Positions 16,082 through 25,530 of a stretch of DNA of 32,000 nucleotides are shown in pieces; positions within the stretch are counted from its first letter, which is position 1; every line of letters starts with the position of its first letter. This DNA is from Dickeya solani IPO 2222 (GTDB lineage: Bacteria > Pseudomonadota > Gammaproteobacteria > Enterobacterales > Enterobacteriaceae). The position numbers and the translations under genes are program-made. Below the pieces are notes generated by a model, which did no database searches, was not told where the DNA came from, and saw only the letters and a program-made list of their open reading frames with translations. The stretch is from positions 1 through 32,000 of the forward strand of contig NZ_CP015137.1 in the NCBI RefSeq assembly GCF_001644705.1. The letters run 5' to 3'.

Positions 16082-16236
16082 GGCGAGCGGCGCGTTATTT
16101 TTGCGTTGCCAGAAACAGTAAACTAATTTGCCGGAATTCGAATAACGAAAAACTATAAAAATAATCTCTGCCGGTGAATCATTCGGTTTATTTCCACCAA
16201 AAAGTTAATCCGCCTGACGACTATCCTATAAGTATT

Positions 16237-16258
16237 TCCTGTGATGAAAATCACGTTT
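16237..16258. promoter_or_regulatory. Candidate CRP-binding site
   Basis: TGTGA-TGAAAA-TCACG (16240-16255) has one mismatch to TGTGA-N6-TCACA. Confidence 0.35.
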
Positions 16259-16262
16259 TTTT

Positions 16263-16290
16263 TAAAGTTCTCACTTTTGATTGCCGATGG
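16263..16290 (+). promoter_or_regulatory. Candidate sigma-28 (FliA) promoter for the MCP gene
   Basis: TAAAGTTC-N12-GCCGATGG compared with the consensus TAAAGTTT-N11-GCCGATAA. It lies about 40 nt upstream of the ATG. Confidence 0.5.
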
Positions 16291-16331
16291 CTTTTTTACC
16301 GACGTCATTATTCATTTATTGAGAGCGTGCC

Positions 16332-18020
16332 ATGTTCAGGAATATAAAAATTGTCACCGGGCTATTTTCATTACTGCTGGCGTTAAGTGTGTTGCAATTG
16401 GTCAGTTATGGTTTTTTCTTCGACGCCATGAAAAATGACAGGAACAACTTTGTGGTCGCGCAAACGCTGCGCAAACAAAGTGGGGAACTGAACGCCTCCT
16501 GGATTGCGCTGATCCAGACGCGTAACACCATGAACCGCGCCATCGCCCGGATGATCATGGAAACCAACAATATTCCCAGCGCCGGAAAATCCGCCGATCT
16601 GATTGATGTCGCCAACCAGTCGCTGGCAGACGCGGATAAACATTTCGCCGCTTACAGCCAGATTCCGCCTCTGCCGGTACAGGACACCGCGCTGGCGAAA
16701 AACATTGACGAGAATTACCAGGCATTACGCAGCGTGCTGCAACAGATCGTCGAGCTGATAAAAACACAGGATGTCAAAACGATTCAGGCCCTGCCGACGC
16801 AGAAAATGCAGGACGCATTCCAAAAATCCTTCGACGCCTATTTCCGTCAGAATGATGCGCTGAATGACAGCGCGGTCAGCGACAGCGGTCAGAATTACCA
16901 TTACAGTATTATCGTGATCGCCGTGTGTGTGTTGATCCTGTTTTTCGCCACCACCAGCGCCTGGGTATATATTCGTCGGGTTCTGCTGCAACCGTTAAAT
17001 CGGGTTATTACCCATTTGCACCATATTTCTACTGGCGACCTGACGCAATCCCTGCATATCCACACGAAAAACGAAATCGGCCAGTTGGCGGACAGCGTTC
17101 GCCACATGCAGCACTCGCTGACCGATACCGTGGATAAAGTGCGGGTGAGCGCGCACGAAATTTATCGCGGCGCCAGCGAAATCGCCGGCGGCAACAGCGA
17201 TCTCTCCTCCCGTACCGAGCAACAGTCCGCCTCGCTGGTGCAAACCGCCGCCAGCATGGAACAGTTGACCGCTACCGTAAAACAGAACGCCGACAACGCC
17301 CACCACGCTTCCCAACTGGCGCGCGACGCGTCGGATACCGCCCACAAGGGGCTGCAGGTGGTCGATAACGTGGTCAGCACCATGGGGCAAATCAGCGGCA
17401 GTTCGCAGAAAATCAGCGACATTACCGGGCTTATCGACAGCATCGCCTTCCAGACCAATATCCTGGCGCTGAATGCGGCAGTGGAAGCGGCGCGCGCCGG
17501 CGAACAGGGACGCGGTTTTGCGGTGGTGGCCGGCGAAGTGCGCAATCTGGCCCAGCGCAGCGCCGACGCCGCCCGTGAAATCAAGGAACTGATTGAAGAT
17601 TCGGTCAGCCGGGTGCGCGAAGGGTCGGTACTGGTGGGGTCCGCTGGGGAAACCATGGGCGATTTGGTGAAAGCCGTTACCCGCGTTACCGACATCATGG
17701 GCGAAATATCCTCCGCATCGGAAGAACAAAGCCGCGGTATCGATCAGATAAGCCAGGCCGTCAGCGAGATGGATCGCGTGACACAGCAGAACGCGGTGCT
17801 GGTAGAACAGTCCGCCAATGCAGCGATGTCGCTGGAAGAACAGAGCGACCATCTCAACCGCGCGGTGTCGCTGTTCCGGCTCCATACCACCGCATCGCCT
17901 TCACCGGCCAGAACCGCACCGGCCGCCATCACGCCAGTAGCACCTCCGCAGTTACCCGCCGGCCGCAGCGTAGCGACCGCCGGCGCCTACAACACCGCCA
18001 GTCACTGGGAAACGTTCTGA
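16332..18020 (+). CDS. Methyl-accepting chemotaxis protein, Tar/Tsr-like (periplasmic 4-helix sensor, HAMP, signalling domain, C-terminal HWETF tether)
   Basis: Two TM segments flank a domain of about 160 aa. The highly conserved hairpin region reads [41 protein letters not shown]. The protein ends in HWETF (compare NWETF of E. coli Tar/Tsr). Confidence 0.9.
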   Translation: MFRNIKIVTGLFSLLLALSVLQLVSYGFFFDAMKNDRNNFVVAQTLRKQSGELNASWIALIQTRNTMNRAIARMIMETNNIPSAGKSADLIDVANQSLADADKHFAAYSQIPPLPVQDTALAKNIDENYQALRSVLQQIVELIKTQDVKTIQALPTQKMQDAFQKSFDAYFRQNDALNDSAVSDSGQNYHYSIIVIAVCVLILFFATTSAWVYIRRVLLQPLNRVITHLHHISTGDLTQSLHIHTKNEIGQLADSVRHMQHSLTDTVDKVRVSAHEIYRGASEIAGGNSDLSSRTEQQSASLVQTAASMEQLTATVKQNADNAHHASQLARDASDTAHKGLQVVDNVVSTMGQISGSSQKISDITGLIDSIAFQTNILALNAAVEAARAGEQGRGFAVVAGEVRNLAQRSADAAREIKELIEDSVSRVREGSVLVGSAGETMGDLVKAVTRVTDIMGEISSASEEQSRGIDQISQAVSEMDRVTQQNAVLVEQSANAAMSLEEQSDHLNRAVSLFRLHTTASPSPARTAPAAITPVAPPQLPAGRSVATAGAYNTASHWETF

Positions 18021-18098
18021 CCGCCATTGTTATGCACCACGGATGGGTCGTTCCCTACTCCTGCTGACGTCCACGGGATGCGAACAAAAAACGGCCCG

Positions 18099-18126
18099 CG
18101 TCTACCGGCTATCTGACCGGTAGACG
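18099..18126 (+). terminator. Terminator-like hairpin downstream of the MCP gene
   Basis: 10-bp stem cgtctaccgg / ccggtagacg with an 8-nt loop. There is no T tract on the plus strand. Confidence 0.35.
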
Positions 18127-18611
18127 CAGTGGGTGGTCATGCCATTTCGCCACAGACGCTAGCGCTTATTTTCCGCCCTAAATAAGCGACAGGTCAGGCA
18201 AGCACCTGGCGAAATGATAGCGTTCTCCCTTTCGTTGCTATCAAAACGCCACCGATAGCCGTTACCCCATTTTATTTTTCATTGCCGCATTGCGATAACA
18301 CATCATTATTTTCTGCGGAAAATGAAATTCTCCAGACAAATGCTAAATTTAAAATGATATCGGATCAGATAGCCCGGATATCTCCGTTATGATTACGTTA
18401 CAGAAGCGTTAACTGCTGCGACCGCTGACTTTTCACCGCGGGATAGCGGGTATATATCGCCAGTCTTTTAACGGAAAGCTGACGACATATTGAGAAACAA
18501 AATACAACACATTGTTATGTGAAGTTATTTTTAAATGACAGGGAGGTAGCAATCATGTAAATAAAAACGGTTTTCATTAAAAACACACGCTGTCTTTTCG
18601 CTCACGTCTTT

Positions 18612-18651
18612 GTCGAGAAAATAGTTATCAGGTCGAGAAAATAGTTATCAG
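18612..18651. repeat. Perfect tandem duplication of a 20-bp unit (gtcgagaaaatagttatcag x2)
   Basis: Read directly: 18612-18631 equals 18632-18651. The repeat ends 76 bp upstream of the aer start codon. Confidence 0.95.
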
Positions 18652-18727
18652 CCAATAATCCGTTATGCCTTTTCAATGCGACATACCTTGAAGTCCAGAG
18701 TAAAAATAATCCTCAAGAGGACCTGAA

Positions 18728-20272
18728 ATGCGCAACAATCAGCCAGTCACACAGCGGGAATACGTTTTCGATAAGGATGCCACACTCATGTCGGTTACCG
18801 ACGTGAACAGCCATATTGTTTATGCTAACGATGCCTTTATTCAGGTGAGTGGTTTCGAACCTGACGAAATCGACGGTCAACCACATAATTTTGTACGCCA
18901 CCCGGATATGCCGGTCGAGGCTTTCCGCGACATGTGGCAAACACTGAAACATCAGGAACCCTGGACCGCGTTAGTCAAGAACCGGCGTAAGAACGGCGAT
19001 CACTACTGGGTGCGGGCCAATGCGGTGCCGATTGTGCGTCAGGGCCGCACGACCGGTTATATGTCCGTGCGCACCCAACCTTCACGTCAGGAGGTGGACG
19101 AGGCGGAAAAGTTGTATCAAACGATGCGCAACGAAGGTAAAAACCTGAAGCTGCACAGAGGGGTGCTGTTTCGCGCCGGCCTGACCGGGCTGTTTTCACG
19201 CCTGAAATTGATCTCCATGCGTTGGCGGCTACGCGGGCTGATCATGCTGGCGGCGCTGATCAGTTACGTCGCGTTCTGGACGATTCATGGCGATTTTGAC
19301 TCTGACTTTTATATTTCCAGCGCATTTATAACCGGCATGATGCTACTGCTGGATGGCTTACTTGAATGGCAGTTGATCAAACCGATCGAAATGGTTAAAC
19401 AACAGGCGCTGAATATCGCTACCGGCAACGCCAACACCATTGACTATGAAAATCGCGCCGATGAGATCGGCACAATTCAACGCGCCATCGGGCAGTTGGG
19501 GCTGATGTTTCGCTGGCTGGTGGATGATATCAGCACGCAGGTGTTGAATATCCGCTCCGCCAGTGACGAACTGGCCAGCGGCAGCGAAGACATGAGCGAC
19601 CATGCCGAACGTACCGCCGCCAATGTGCAGCAAACCGCCGCCGCCATGAACGAGATCAACACCACCGTGCAGACCAACACCACCACCACCAGCGAAGCCA
19701 GTCAACAGGCGGCAACCGCCTGCGATGCCGCCATCAGCGGCGGCCGGGTGATCGGCGAAATGGAAAAGACCATGGACAGCATTGTCGCCAGTTCGGAGAA
19801 AATCGCCGGTATCACGTCCATCATTGATAACATCGCGTTTCAAACCAACATTTTGGCCCTGAACGCAGCAGTGGAAGCGGCCCGCGCCGGCGAACAAGGA
19901 AAAGGGTTTGCCGTCGTGGCCGGTGAAGTGCGTAATCTGGCGCAACGCAGCGCCAGCGCCGCCAATGAGATCAAACAGCTGATCGAGTCCAGCGTAGAGC
20001 AGGTTCGTTACGGCTCCACCCACGTCAGGGACGCTGGCGACAGCACACAGAACATCGTGGCAAGGGTAAACAGCGTCAGCCAGTTGATTTCGCATATTGC
20101 CGATTCAACCAAGGAACAAACGATCGGGCTGTCTGAAATCGGCCGCGCGGTGGAAGAACTGGAACAGATTACCCAGAAAAATGCCTCGCAGGTGAATGCC
20201 TGCGCGCAGGCATCAGACCAACTCAAACTACAGGCACACCGGCTGGAACAGGCACTACACGTATTCCGATAA
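18728..20272 (+). CDS. aer: Aerotaxis receptor Aer (N-terminal FAD-type PAS domain plus MCP signalling domain)
   Basis: [85 protein letters not shown] is collinear with E. coli Aer. A conserved MCP hairpin is present. Confidence 0.92.
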   Translation: MRNNQPVTQREYVFDKDATLMSVTDVNSHIVYANDAFIQVSGFEPDEIDGQPHNFVRHPDMPVEAFRDMWQTLKHQEPWTALVKNRRKNGDHYWVRANAVPIVRQGRTTGYMSVRTQPSRQEVDEAEKLYQTMRNEGKNLKLHRGVLFRAGLTGLFSRLKLISMRWRLRGLIMLAALISYVAFWTIHGDFDSDFYISSAFITGMMLLLDGLLEWQLIKPIEMVKQQALNIATGNANTIDYENRADEIGTIQRAIGQLGLMFRWLVDDISTQVLNIRSASDELASGSEDMSDHAERTAANVQQTAAAMNEINTTVQTNTTTTSEASQQAATACDAAISGGRVIGEMEKTMDSIVASSEKIAGITSIIDNIAFQTNILALNAAVEAARAGEQGKGFAVVAGEVRNLAQRSASAANEIKQLIESSVEQVRYGSTHVRDAGDSTQNIVARVNSVSQLISHIADSTKEQTIGLSEIGRAVEELEQITQKNASQVNACAQASDQLKLQAHRLEQALHVFR

Positions 20273-20335
20273 ACCGTTCCCAACGACGCGCCCTGATGAT
20301 GACCTCGGGGCGCGAATCCATTGAACTGTCATGTG

Positions 20336-20635
20336 TTACTGCGCGCGCTCGCCGTTTTCTTCGCGCCAGCGCGCCACCCTCTCTTTGGTGACCTCGTCTT
20401 TATAACAGACTGGAGACGCGCCCCCTTTGCGGCTCCAGGCGCTGCGCCCGCCACAACGGCTGCCGTTTCTGGCCGAGCTGTACGGACAAGCGCAATTCCC
20501 CGAATAACCGGCAATGGATTCTTCAATAATGATTTGCTTGATCTGATTATCACTCAAACGGGTATTTTTCGCGTCCGCCGTCGCGGCGAATAAAAAACAT
20601 GACATGCAAAATAATTGGAAAAGATATTTTTTCAC
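20336..20635 (-). CDS. Small secreted Cys-rich protein of unknown function
   Basis: Signal peptide MKKYLFQLFCMSCFLFAATADA/KN. The mature part contains CACPYSSARNGSRCGGRSAWSRKGGASPVCY. I cannot recall a named family with confidence. Confidence 0.6.
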   Translation of the reverse strand: MKKYLFQLFCMSCFLFAATADAKNTRLSDNQIKQIIIEESIAGYSGNCACPYSSARNGSRCGGRSAWSRKGGASPVCYKDEVTKERVARWREENGERAQ

Positions 20636-20842
20636 GACGCTATCCTCGCTTATCCTCGCCCAGAAAAATGCCTATCCCCCACGCATTCACGTTGCAGGAT
20701 AAAACGCTCGTATTTCGAACAACGCAACACACCAGCCCTTCAGGGGCAAGGCCCGCGACTGAGCTGGGAATGCAGCCAACGCACCGGCAACGTGAGGTAT
20801 GACGGATATACAACGGTTCTTACTTTATTGCTCATGCCTCGA

Positions 20843-20861
20843 TTCGAATTGAAAATTCGAA
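20843..20861. promoter_or_regulatory. Perfect 8-3-8 inverted repeat TTCGAATT-GAA-AATTCGAA
   Basis: Read directly. It lies in the AT-rich region about 210 bp upstream of the small secreted protein gene. Confidence 0.3.
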
Positions 20862-20983
20862 GTATTAATAATAGACCGCTTTATTTCATGGGCCGGGATA
20901 AATTGCCTTGTTTGCTTATTTTCCCTGACGGCCGTCTTTACTCTTCGTACATCTTTACTCTTCTTCCCTTCTATTCTTCACGG

Positions 20984-21670
20984 CTATTCGCTAACGCCAC
21001 CCTGAATACAGAGCAACGTCAGTTCACCGCCGAACACGGCGCCGGTATCGATATACTGCACATTCCAGCAGGTCAGGACGTGCCGTAACGGCGTATGCCC
21101 GAACAGGAAACGGTCTGCGCCGATAATCGGCCCGCCGACGCCGGACATCGCCTGGCTGACCCGCTGCCGGTTCCATAACACCTGTGTCCAGGACAGCGGC
21201 TGGTCAAACTGATAGCAGTCCGCCGGGTAATCTGCATGCGCCACCACCGTGCGCTGGCCGGCGGTCTCAATCTCGATGACATACGGCAACTGCGCCGCCA
21301 GCGCCAGCAGCCGGCGGGCCAGCGCCTGACGCTCGTCATCCAGCCGGAAGAACCAGTCGCCGCCGTTGGCTCGCCACAGCGGAATCCGGGCAGTATCGTT
21401 CAGCGCGTCCAGCGCCATCTGCTCGTGATTGCCGCGCACCGCGCGAAACCAGCGCTGTTGCAGCAAATCGAGGCAAGCGAGATTCTGCGGCCCGCGATCG
21501 ATCAGGTCACCCACCGACACCAGCAGGTCGTGCCCGGTATCAAACCCGACCTGATCCAGCGCCGTCATCAGTTGCCGATAACAACCGTGCACATCACCCA
21601 CCACAAAGATATGATGCCAGTCGGCGCCGGTAATGCGTTGATAGGCAGACGGTTGCCGTTCGCTCACCAT
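20984..21670 (-). CDS. Ser/Thr protein phosphatase, PrpA/PrpB-like metallophosphoesterase
   Basis: YQRITGADWHHIFVVGDVHGC, GDLIDRGP, RGNHE, HADYP and GHTP...YIDTGAVFGGELT are collinear with E. coli PrpA. Confidence 0.88.
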   Translation of the reverse strand: MVSERQPSAYQRITGADWHHIFVVGDVHGCYRQLMTALDQVGFDTGHDLLVSVGDLIDRGPQNLACLDLLQQRWFRAVRGNHEQMALDALNDTARIPLWRANGGDWFFRLDDERQALARRLLALAAQLPYVIEIETAGQRTVVAHADYPADCYQFDQPLSWTQVLWNRQRVSQAMSGVGGPIIGADRFLFGHTPLRHVLTCWNVQYIDTGAVFGGELTLLCIQGGVSE

Positions 21671-21734
21671 AATGTTGCCCTCTGTCGCCGCATTGCCACC
21701 CAGAGACCCGCTGTTGATGTACAGTCAGTACAAT

Positions 21735-21798
21735 ATGCAGCAATAAATATGCGGTAATAAATCAATATGCGGTAATGAATCAATGTGCGGTAATGCCA
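21735..21798. repeat. Four imperfect tandem copies of ATGCGGTAAT(R)AAT(CAAT) in the divergent prpA-like/ClC promoter region
   Basis: atgcagcaataaat | atgcggtaataaatcaat | atgcggtaatgaatcaat | gtgcggtaatgcca. Confidence 0.85.
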
Positions 21799-21823
21799 TT
21801 TTCCAGACCTGATGTGAGCCTGT

Positions 21824-23098
21824 ATGTCCGAAATCACTTCCCAACGTATTCGTTTTGTCATCGCGCTAACGTTAACCGGCGTGCTGGCCGGTATCGGCGG
21901 TATGCTGCTGGCGCTGTTGCTTCATGCCATTCAGCATCTGGCCTATGGTTACAGTCTGGACCATATCATCAGCGAAGAAAGTTTTTTGCAGGGCGTTTCG
22001 GCAGCTGAACCCACCCGGCGCTTTATGGCTTTGCTGATCGGCGGTGTGGTGGCGGGTTTGGGCTGGTATGCGCTATATCGCTACGGCCGCCGACTGGTGA
22101 GTATCGCCTCGGCGTTGCAGGCGGAAAAACCAGATTCACCGGTAAACGATATGCCGGTAAAAGAAACCATCATCCACGCACTGCTGCAGATTGTTACCGT
22201 GGCGCTGGGTTCGCCGCTGGGACGGGAAGTCGCGCCGCGGGAACTGGGAGCGCTGGCCGCCAATCACCTCAGTCGCGCGCTACGCATGACGCCGGAGGAT
22301 ACCCGTTTACTGATCGCCTGCGGCGCCGGCGGCGGCCTGGCGGCGGTCTATAACGTGCCGCTGGGCGGCGCGCTGTTTGTGGTCGAAGTACTGCTGGCGC
22401 GCGTTCAGGTAAAAACCAGTCTGGCGGCGCTTCTGACTTGCTCGCTGGCGGCTCTGGTGGCGCGCGCCGGTCTGGGCGACGAATACCAGTATCACCTCAG
22501 TCTGCCGCTCAGCGTGTCCGGCGATTTAACCGTCTGGGCATTGCTCACCGGGCCGGTATTCGGCGTGGCTGCCTGGCTGTTCGTTCGCCTCACCCGTCAC
22601 GCACGGCAACATTCACCACAAAATGCCCGCCTCATCATCACCAACCTGCTCAACTTCACCCTACTGGGATTGCTGGTGATCATCCTGCCGCAGTTGGCGG
22701 GCAACGGCAAAGGCCCGGCGGAACTGAGTTTCACCAACCAGTTGCCGGTGCTGCTGGCATTGCTGCTGTTGGGCTGTAAGGTACTGGTGCAATGGAGCAG
22801 TTTGCGCGCAGGCGCGCAGGGCGGCCTGCTGACGCCCGGTCTGGCCAACGGCGCGCTGCTGGCGGTGGCATTAGGTGGCGTCTGGTCGTGGTTCTTCCCG
22901 CACAATCAACCGGGAGCCTACGCGGTGATTGGCGCGGCCGCTTTTCTGGCCGCCTCGATGAGAATGCCGGTCACCAGTCTGGTGCTGATTATGGAATTTA
23001 CCCGTATCAACAACGATTTCTTCATACCGATGGCGCTGTGTATCGCCGGTGCAGTCAGCACCAGCATACTGATGGAAAGAATGGCGTCGCCGTCCTGA
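21824..23098 (+). CDS. ClC-family voltage-gated chloride channel / H+-Cl- exchanger (ClcB-like)
   Basis: A polytopic protein with GSPLGREVAP, ACGAGGGLAAVYNVPLGGALFVVEVLL and GGLLTPGL motifs, as in E. coli ClcB. Confidence 0.85.
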   Translation: MSEITSQRIRFVIALTLTGVLAGIGGMLLALLLHAIQHLAYGYSLDHIISEESFLQGVSAAEPTRRFMALLIGGVVAGLGWYALYRYGRRLVSIASALQAEKPDSPVNDMPVKETIIHALLQIVTVALGSPLGREVAPRELGALAANHLSRALRMTPEDTRLLIACGAGGGLAAVYNVPLGGALFVVEVLLARVQVKTSLAALLTCSLAALVARAGLGDEYQYHLSLPLSVSGDLTVWALLTGPVFGVAAWLFVRLTRHARQHSPQNARLIITNLLNFTLLGLLVIILPQLAGNGKGPAELSFTNQLPVLLALLLLGCKVLVQWSSLRAGAQGGLLTPGLANGALLAVALGGVWSWFFPHNQPGAYAVIGAAAFLAASMRMPVTSLVLIMEFTRINNDFFIPMALCIAGAVSTSILMERMASPS

Positions 23099-23152
23099 CG
23101 GCCTTTATCCGCCTTCCTTTCCCCGTCAAGCCGGCGGCAGGTTGAACACATC

Positions 23153-24754
23153 TCACGGCGATGTGGGTATCTCAACCTTCTCCTTGATAATCTCATCAAA
23201 ATAGAGCATCGAATTGGCGATGCTCTGCCGAACATTCAATATATTATTGCGTACTGCCACCAACCGGTTGCCCTGTAACATGACCACGAACGGCGAGTTT
23301 TCCCTGACCGCCTGCTGCAATTGCAGGTAGATCTCGCGCCGCGTTTGCGGGTCGCGCTGGGCGGCGGCGGCGTTGGTCAACCGGCTCAACTCCGGGATTA
23401 CCCAGCCCAAACGGGCCGCCAGCGTACCTGGGGTATCGGGCTGATTGAGGGTGAACGCGCTGGCATTGCTGCTCGGGTCAATATAGTCCGGCCCCCAGTA
23501 GGCGAACACCGCCTGAAAACGCCCGCGGCGCATGCGTGTCCAGAGTTCGCTCTCCACCACCGTCTGCACATCAATACGGATATCGGCGCGGGCGAAACTG
23601 TCCTGCAGCGCCTGCGCCACCTCAACATAGGGCGGCTGGTTGGCGACCAGTAGCGTAAACCGACTGCCCGGCGCGATCCCGGCGCCGTGCAATATGCTCC
23701 GGGCTTTCTCCACATCAAGCCGGAACGGTTTCTCCATCGCCGCGCCGTCAAACCCCAGCGGCAGGAAATTCTGGTGGACCCGGAATTGCCTTTTCAACAA
23801 CCGATGGGCGATGCCCTGATAATCGACCAGCCAGCGCGCCGCCTGCCAGAAAGCGGGCTGACTCAGAAACGGCGCCTCGCTATTACGGGTGTTGAAGCCC
23901 AGATAATAGATTTTCGCCCCTGATGCCATGTTCACATTGATGCCCGGCTGATTCTCCAGCGCACTGAACTGGTCGGCGCCCAGATCGTAGGCCACATCGA
24001 CGTCGCCCTGCAGCAACAACAACCGGCGCACGCTCGGGTCTGCCACATCTTTTAAAATCACCTGCGCCAGCGCAGGCGCGCGGCGCGTATACGGGTTACT
24101 CTCCAGCAGCAATGCCTGCTGCGGCAGATAGTGACGAATCTGATAGCTGCCGCTACCCGCCGAGCGGCTTCTCAGCCACTGGTTTCCAAAATCGCCATTG
24201 TCGCGGTGTTTCTCCACCGTTTTGCTATCGACAATCAGCGCCACGCTGGCCGATAACAGGCTCAACACCAGTCCGCTGCCGACATCACTGCTCCAGCGAA
24301 TCTCCAACTGATGATCGTCGATTTTTCGGAACTGCCCGTCGATATTTCCCGGCATCCACCCGAGTTCGTTCAGAATAAACACCGGGGTTTTGTTGAGTTT
24401 CACCGCACGGGTCAGTGAATAGATAACGTCATCGGCCAGCACCGGATTACCCGAGGCGAAGACGGCGTTGGGATCAAGGGTAAAAATCAGGCTACGCCCG
24501 TCATGGCCTTCGCGCCAGGCAAGCGCCAGATCGGGGTTCAGTTGGGTAGGTTGATTACGATCGCTCGTCACCAGCCCCTGGTAAAGCGAGGCAAGACAGC
24601 TGTTGCTGACGGTTTCGAAACTTTCCGCCGGATCAAAACTGATGATGCCATTCAACGAGATCGCCACCACCAGCGTATTATCCGGCGTCAATGCCTTTAC
24701 CGGCGGGCTGGCCATCAGGGTCAGCGTCAGCAGAATGGCAAACCATGCCTTCAT
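23153..24754 (-). CDS. ABC transporter periplasmic substrate-binding protein, family 5 (peptide/nickel/opine type)
   Basis: Signal peptide MKAWFAILLTLTLMASPPVKA. The size (533 aa) and overall pattern are typical of DppA/OppA-class binding proteins. Start set at the ATG 8 nt after GAGGA. Confidence 0.8.
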   Translation of the reverse strand: MKAWFAILLTLTLMASPPVKALTPDNTLVVAISLNGIISFDPAESFETVSNSCLASLYQGLVTSDRNQPTQLNPDLALAWREGHDGRSLIFTLDPNAVFASGNPVLADDVIYSLTRAVKLNKTPVFILNELGWMPGNIDGQFRKIDDHQLEIRWSSDVGSGLVLSLLSASVALIVDSKTVEKHRDNGDFGNQWLRSRSAGSGSYQIRHYLPQQALLLESNPYTRRAPALAQVILKDVADPSVRRLLLLQGDVDVAYDLGADQFSALENQPGINVNMASGAKIYYLGFNTRNSEAPFLSQPAFWQAARWLVDYQGIAHRLLKRQFRVHQNFLPLGFDGAAMEKPFRLDVEKARSILHGAGIAPGSRFTLLVANQPPYVEVAQALQDSFARADIRIDVQTVVESELWTRMRRGRFQAVFAYWGPDYIDPSSNASAFTLNQPDTPGTLAARLGWVIPELSRLTNAAAAQRDPQTRREIYLQLQQAVRENSPFVVMLQGNRLVAVRNNILNVRQSIANSMLYFDEIIKEKVEIPTSP

Positions 24755-24846
24755 CGTTTTATTCCTCGGTATCACTGCATCAGCGCGAGGATCTGTTTAC
24801 TAGAAATCCGTCTGCGCCGCCAGATGGCAACGCATAAAAATTCCTT

Positions 24847-25530
24847 TCAGCGGGTTTGCAGCCGTCCTTCGTGTATCCACACCATGCGGTCACACATATG
24901 TTCCATCACATTGCAGTCATGGCTGACCATAATAATCGTCATCTCCTCCGTATCCCGCCAACGATTGAGCAGATTGAGGATGCGCGCCTGTCCGACCGTA
25001 TCCAGCGCCGAGGTTGCTTCGTCCAGCAACAGCAGTTGCGGACGCAGCAACAACGCGCGCAACAACGCCATTTGCTGGCGCTGCCCACCGGACAGCTGAT
25101 GAGGGTAGTTATCCAGCAGATGGCACGGCAGGCCGACCTGCCCGACGCCTTGCGCAAGCCGCGCATCGATATCCATCACTCCCATCAACCGCAGAGGGTC
25201 GCTCAGGGTTTTGCGCAGACTGTGGCGCGGATGCAATGACGCGTAAGGATCCTGAAACACCATCTGTACCTGCCGCCGCAGAACCGCATCGAACGGGCGA
25301 CCGGGGTATACAGGCTGGTCGAGCAGCATCATGCTGCCTGACCAGTGAGGGTTAAGCCCCGCCAGCGTCCATAATAGTGAGGATTTCCCGCTGCCGGACG
25401 GCCCGGCCAGCCCGAGACATGCCCCTTGCGCCACGCTGAAACTGACGTCATGTACGACCTCATGGCGCAGGTAACCCTGCCAGTGCGCCACGCTGACCTG
25501 CTGCAGCGTCACCGACGTAGGTTCACGCAT
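24847..25530 (-). CDS. ABC transporter ATP-binding protein (DppF-like, short)
   Basis: Walker A GPSGSGKSS, signature LSGGQRQ, Walker B LLLLDEATSALD. Start set at MREPTS (25530), which overlaps the upstream gene's end; the ORF-track extension is rejected. Confidence 0.85.
   Translation of the reverse strand: MREPTSVTLQQVSVAHWQGYLRHEVVHDVSFSVAQGACLGLAGPSGSGKSSLLWTLAGLNPHWSGSMMLLDQPVYPGRPFDAVLRRQVQMVFQDPYASLHPRHSLRKTLSDPLRLMGVMDIDARLAQGVGQVGLPCHLLDNYPHQLSGGQRQQMALLRALLLRPQLLLLDEATSALDTVGQARILNLLNRWRDTEEMTIIMVSHDCNVMEHMCDRMVWIHEGRLQTR

Noticed and set aside
18632-18658. A sigma-28 promoter for aer using GCCAATAA as the -10 element.
   Set aside because: No TAAA(GTTT)-like -35 element lies at 11-16 nt spacing; the sequence there is gtcgagaa.
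20615-21088. A 157-aa plus-strand ORF spanning the AT-rich gap and the 3' end of the phosphatase gene.
   Set aside because: There is no RBS, and it overlaps a well-supported gene by about 100 nt. Its composition and sequence have no recognisable features.
18612-21798. CRISPR-like interpretation of the tandem repeats at 18612-18651 and 21735-21798.
   Set aside because: The repeats are contiguous with no spacers, there are only 2-4 copies of 14-20 bp, and no cas genes are present.
21671-21823. A fluoride riboswitch (crcB motif) upstream of the ClC gene.
   Set aside because: The leader is dominated by the tandem ATGCGGTAAT repeats. I could not find the conserved riboswitch helices or motifs, and the channel resembles ClcB rather than the fluoride-specific clade.
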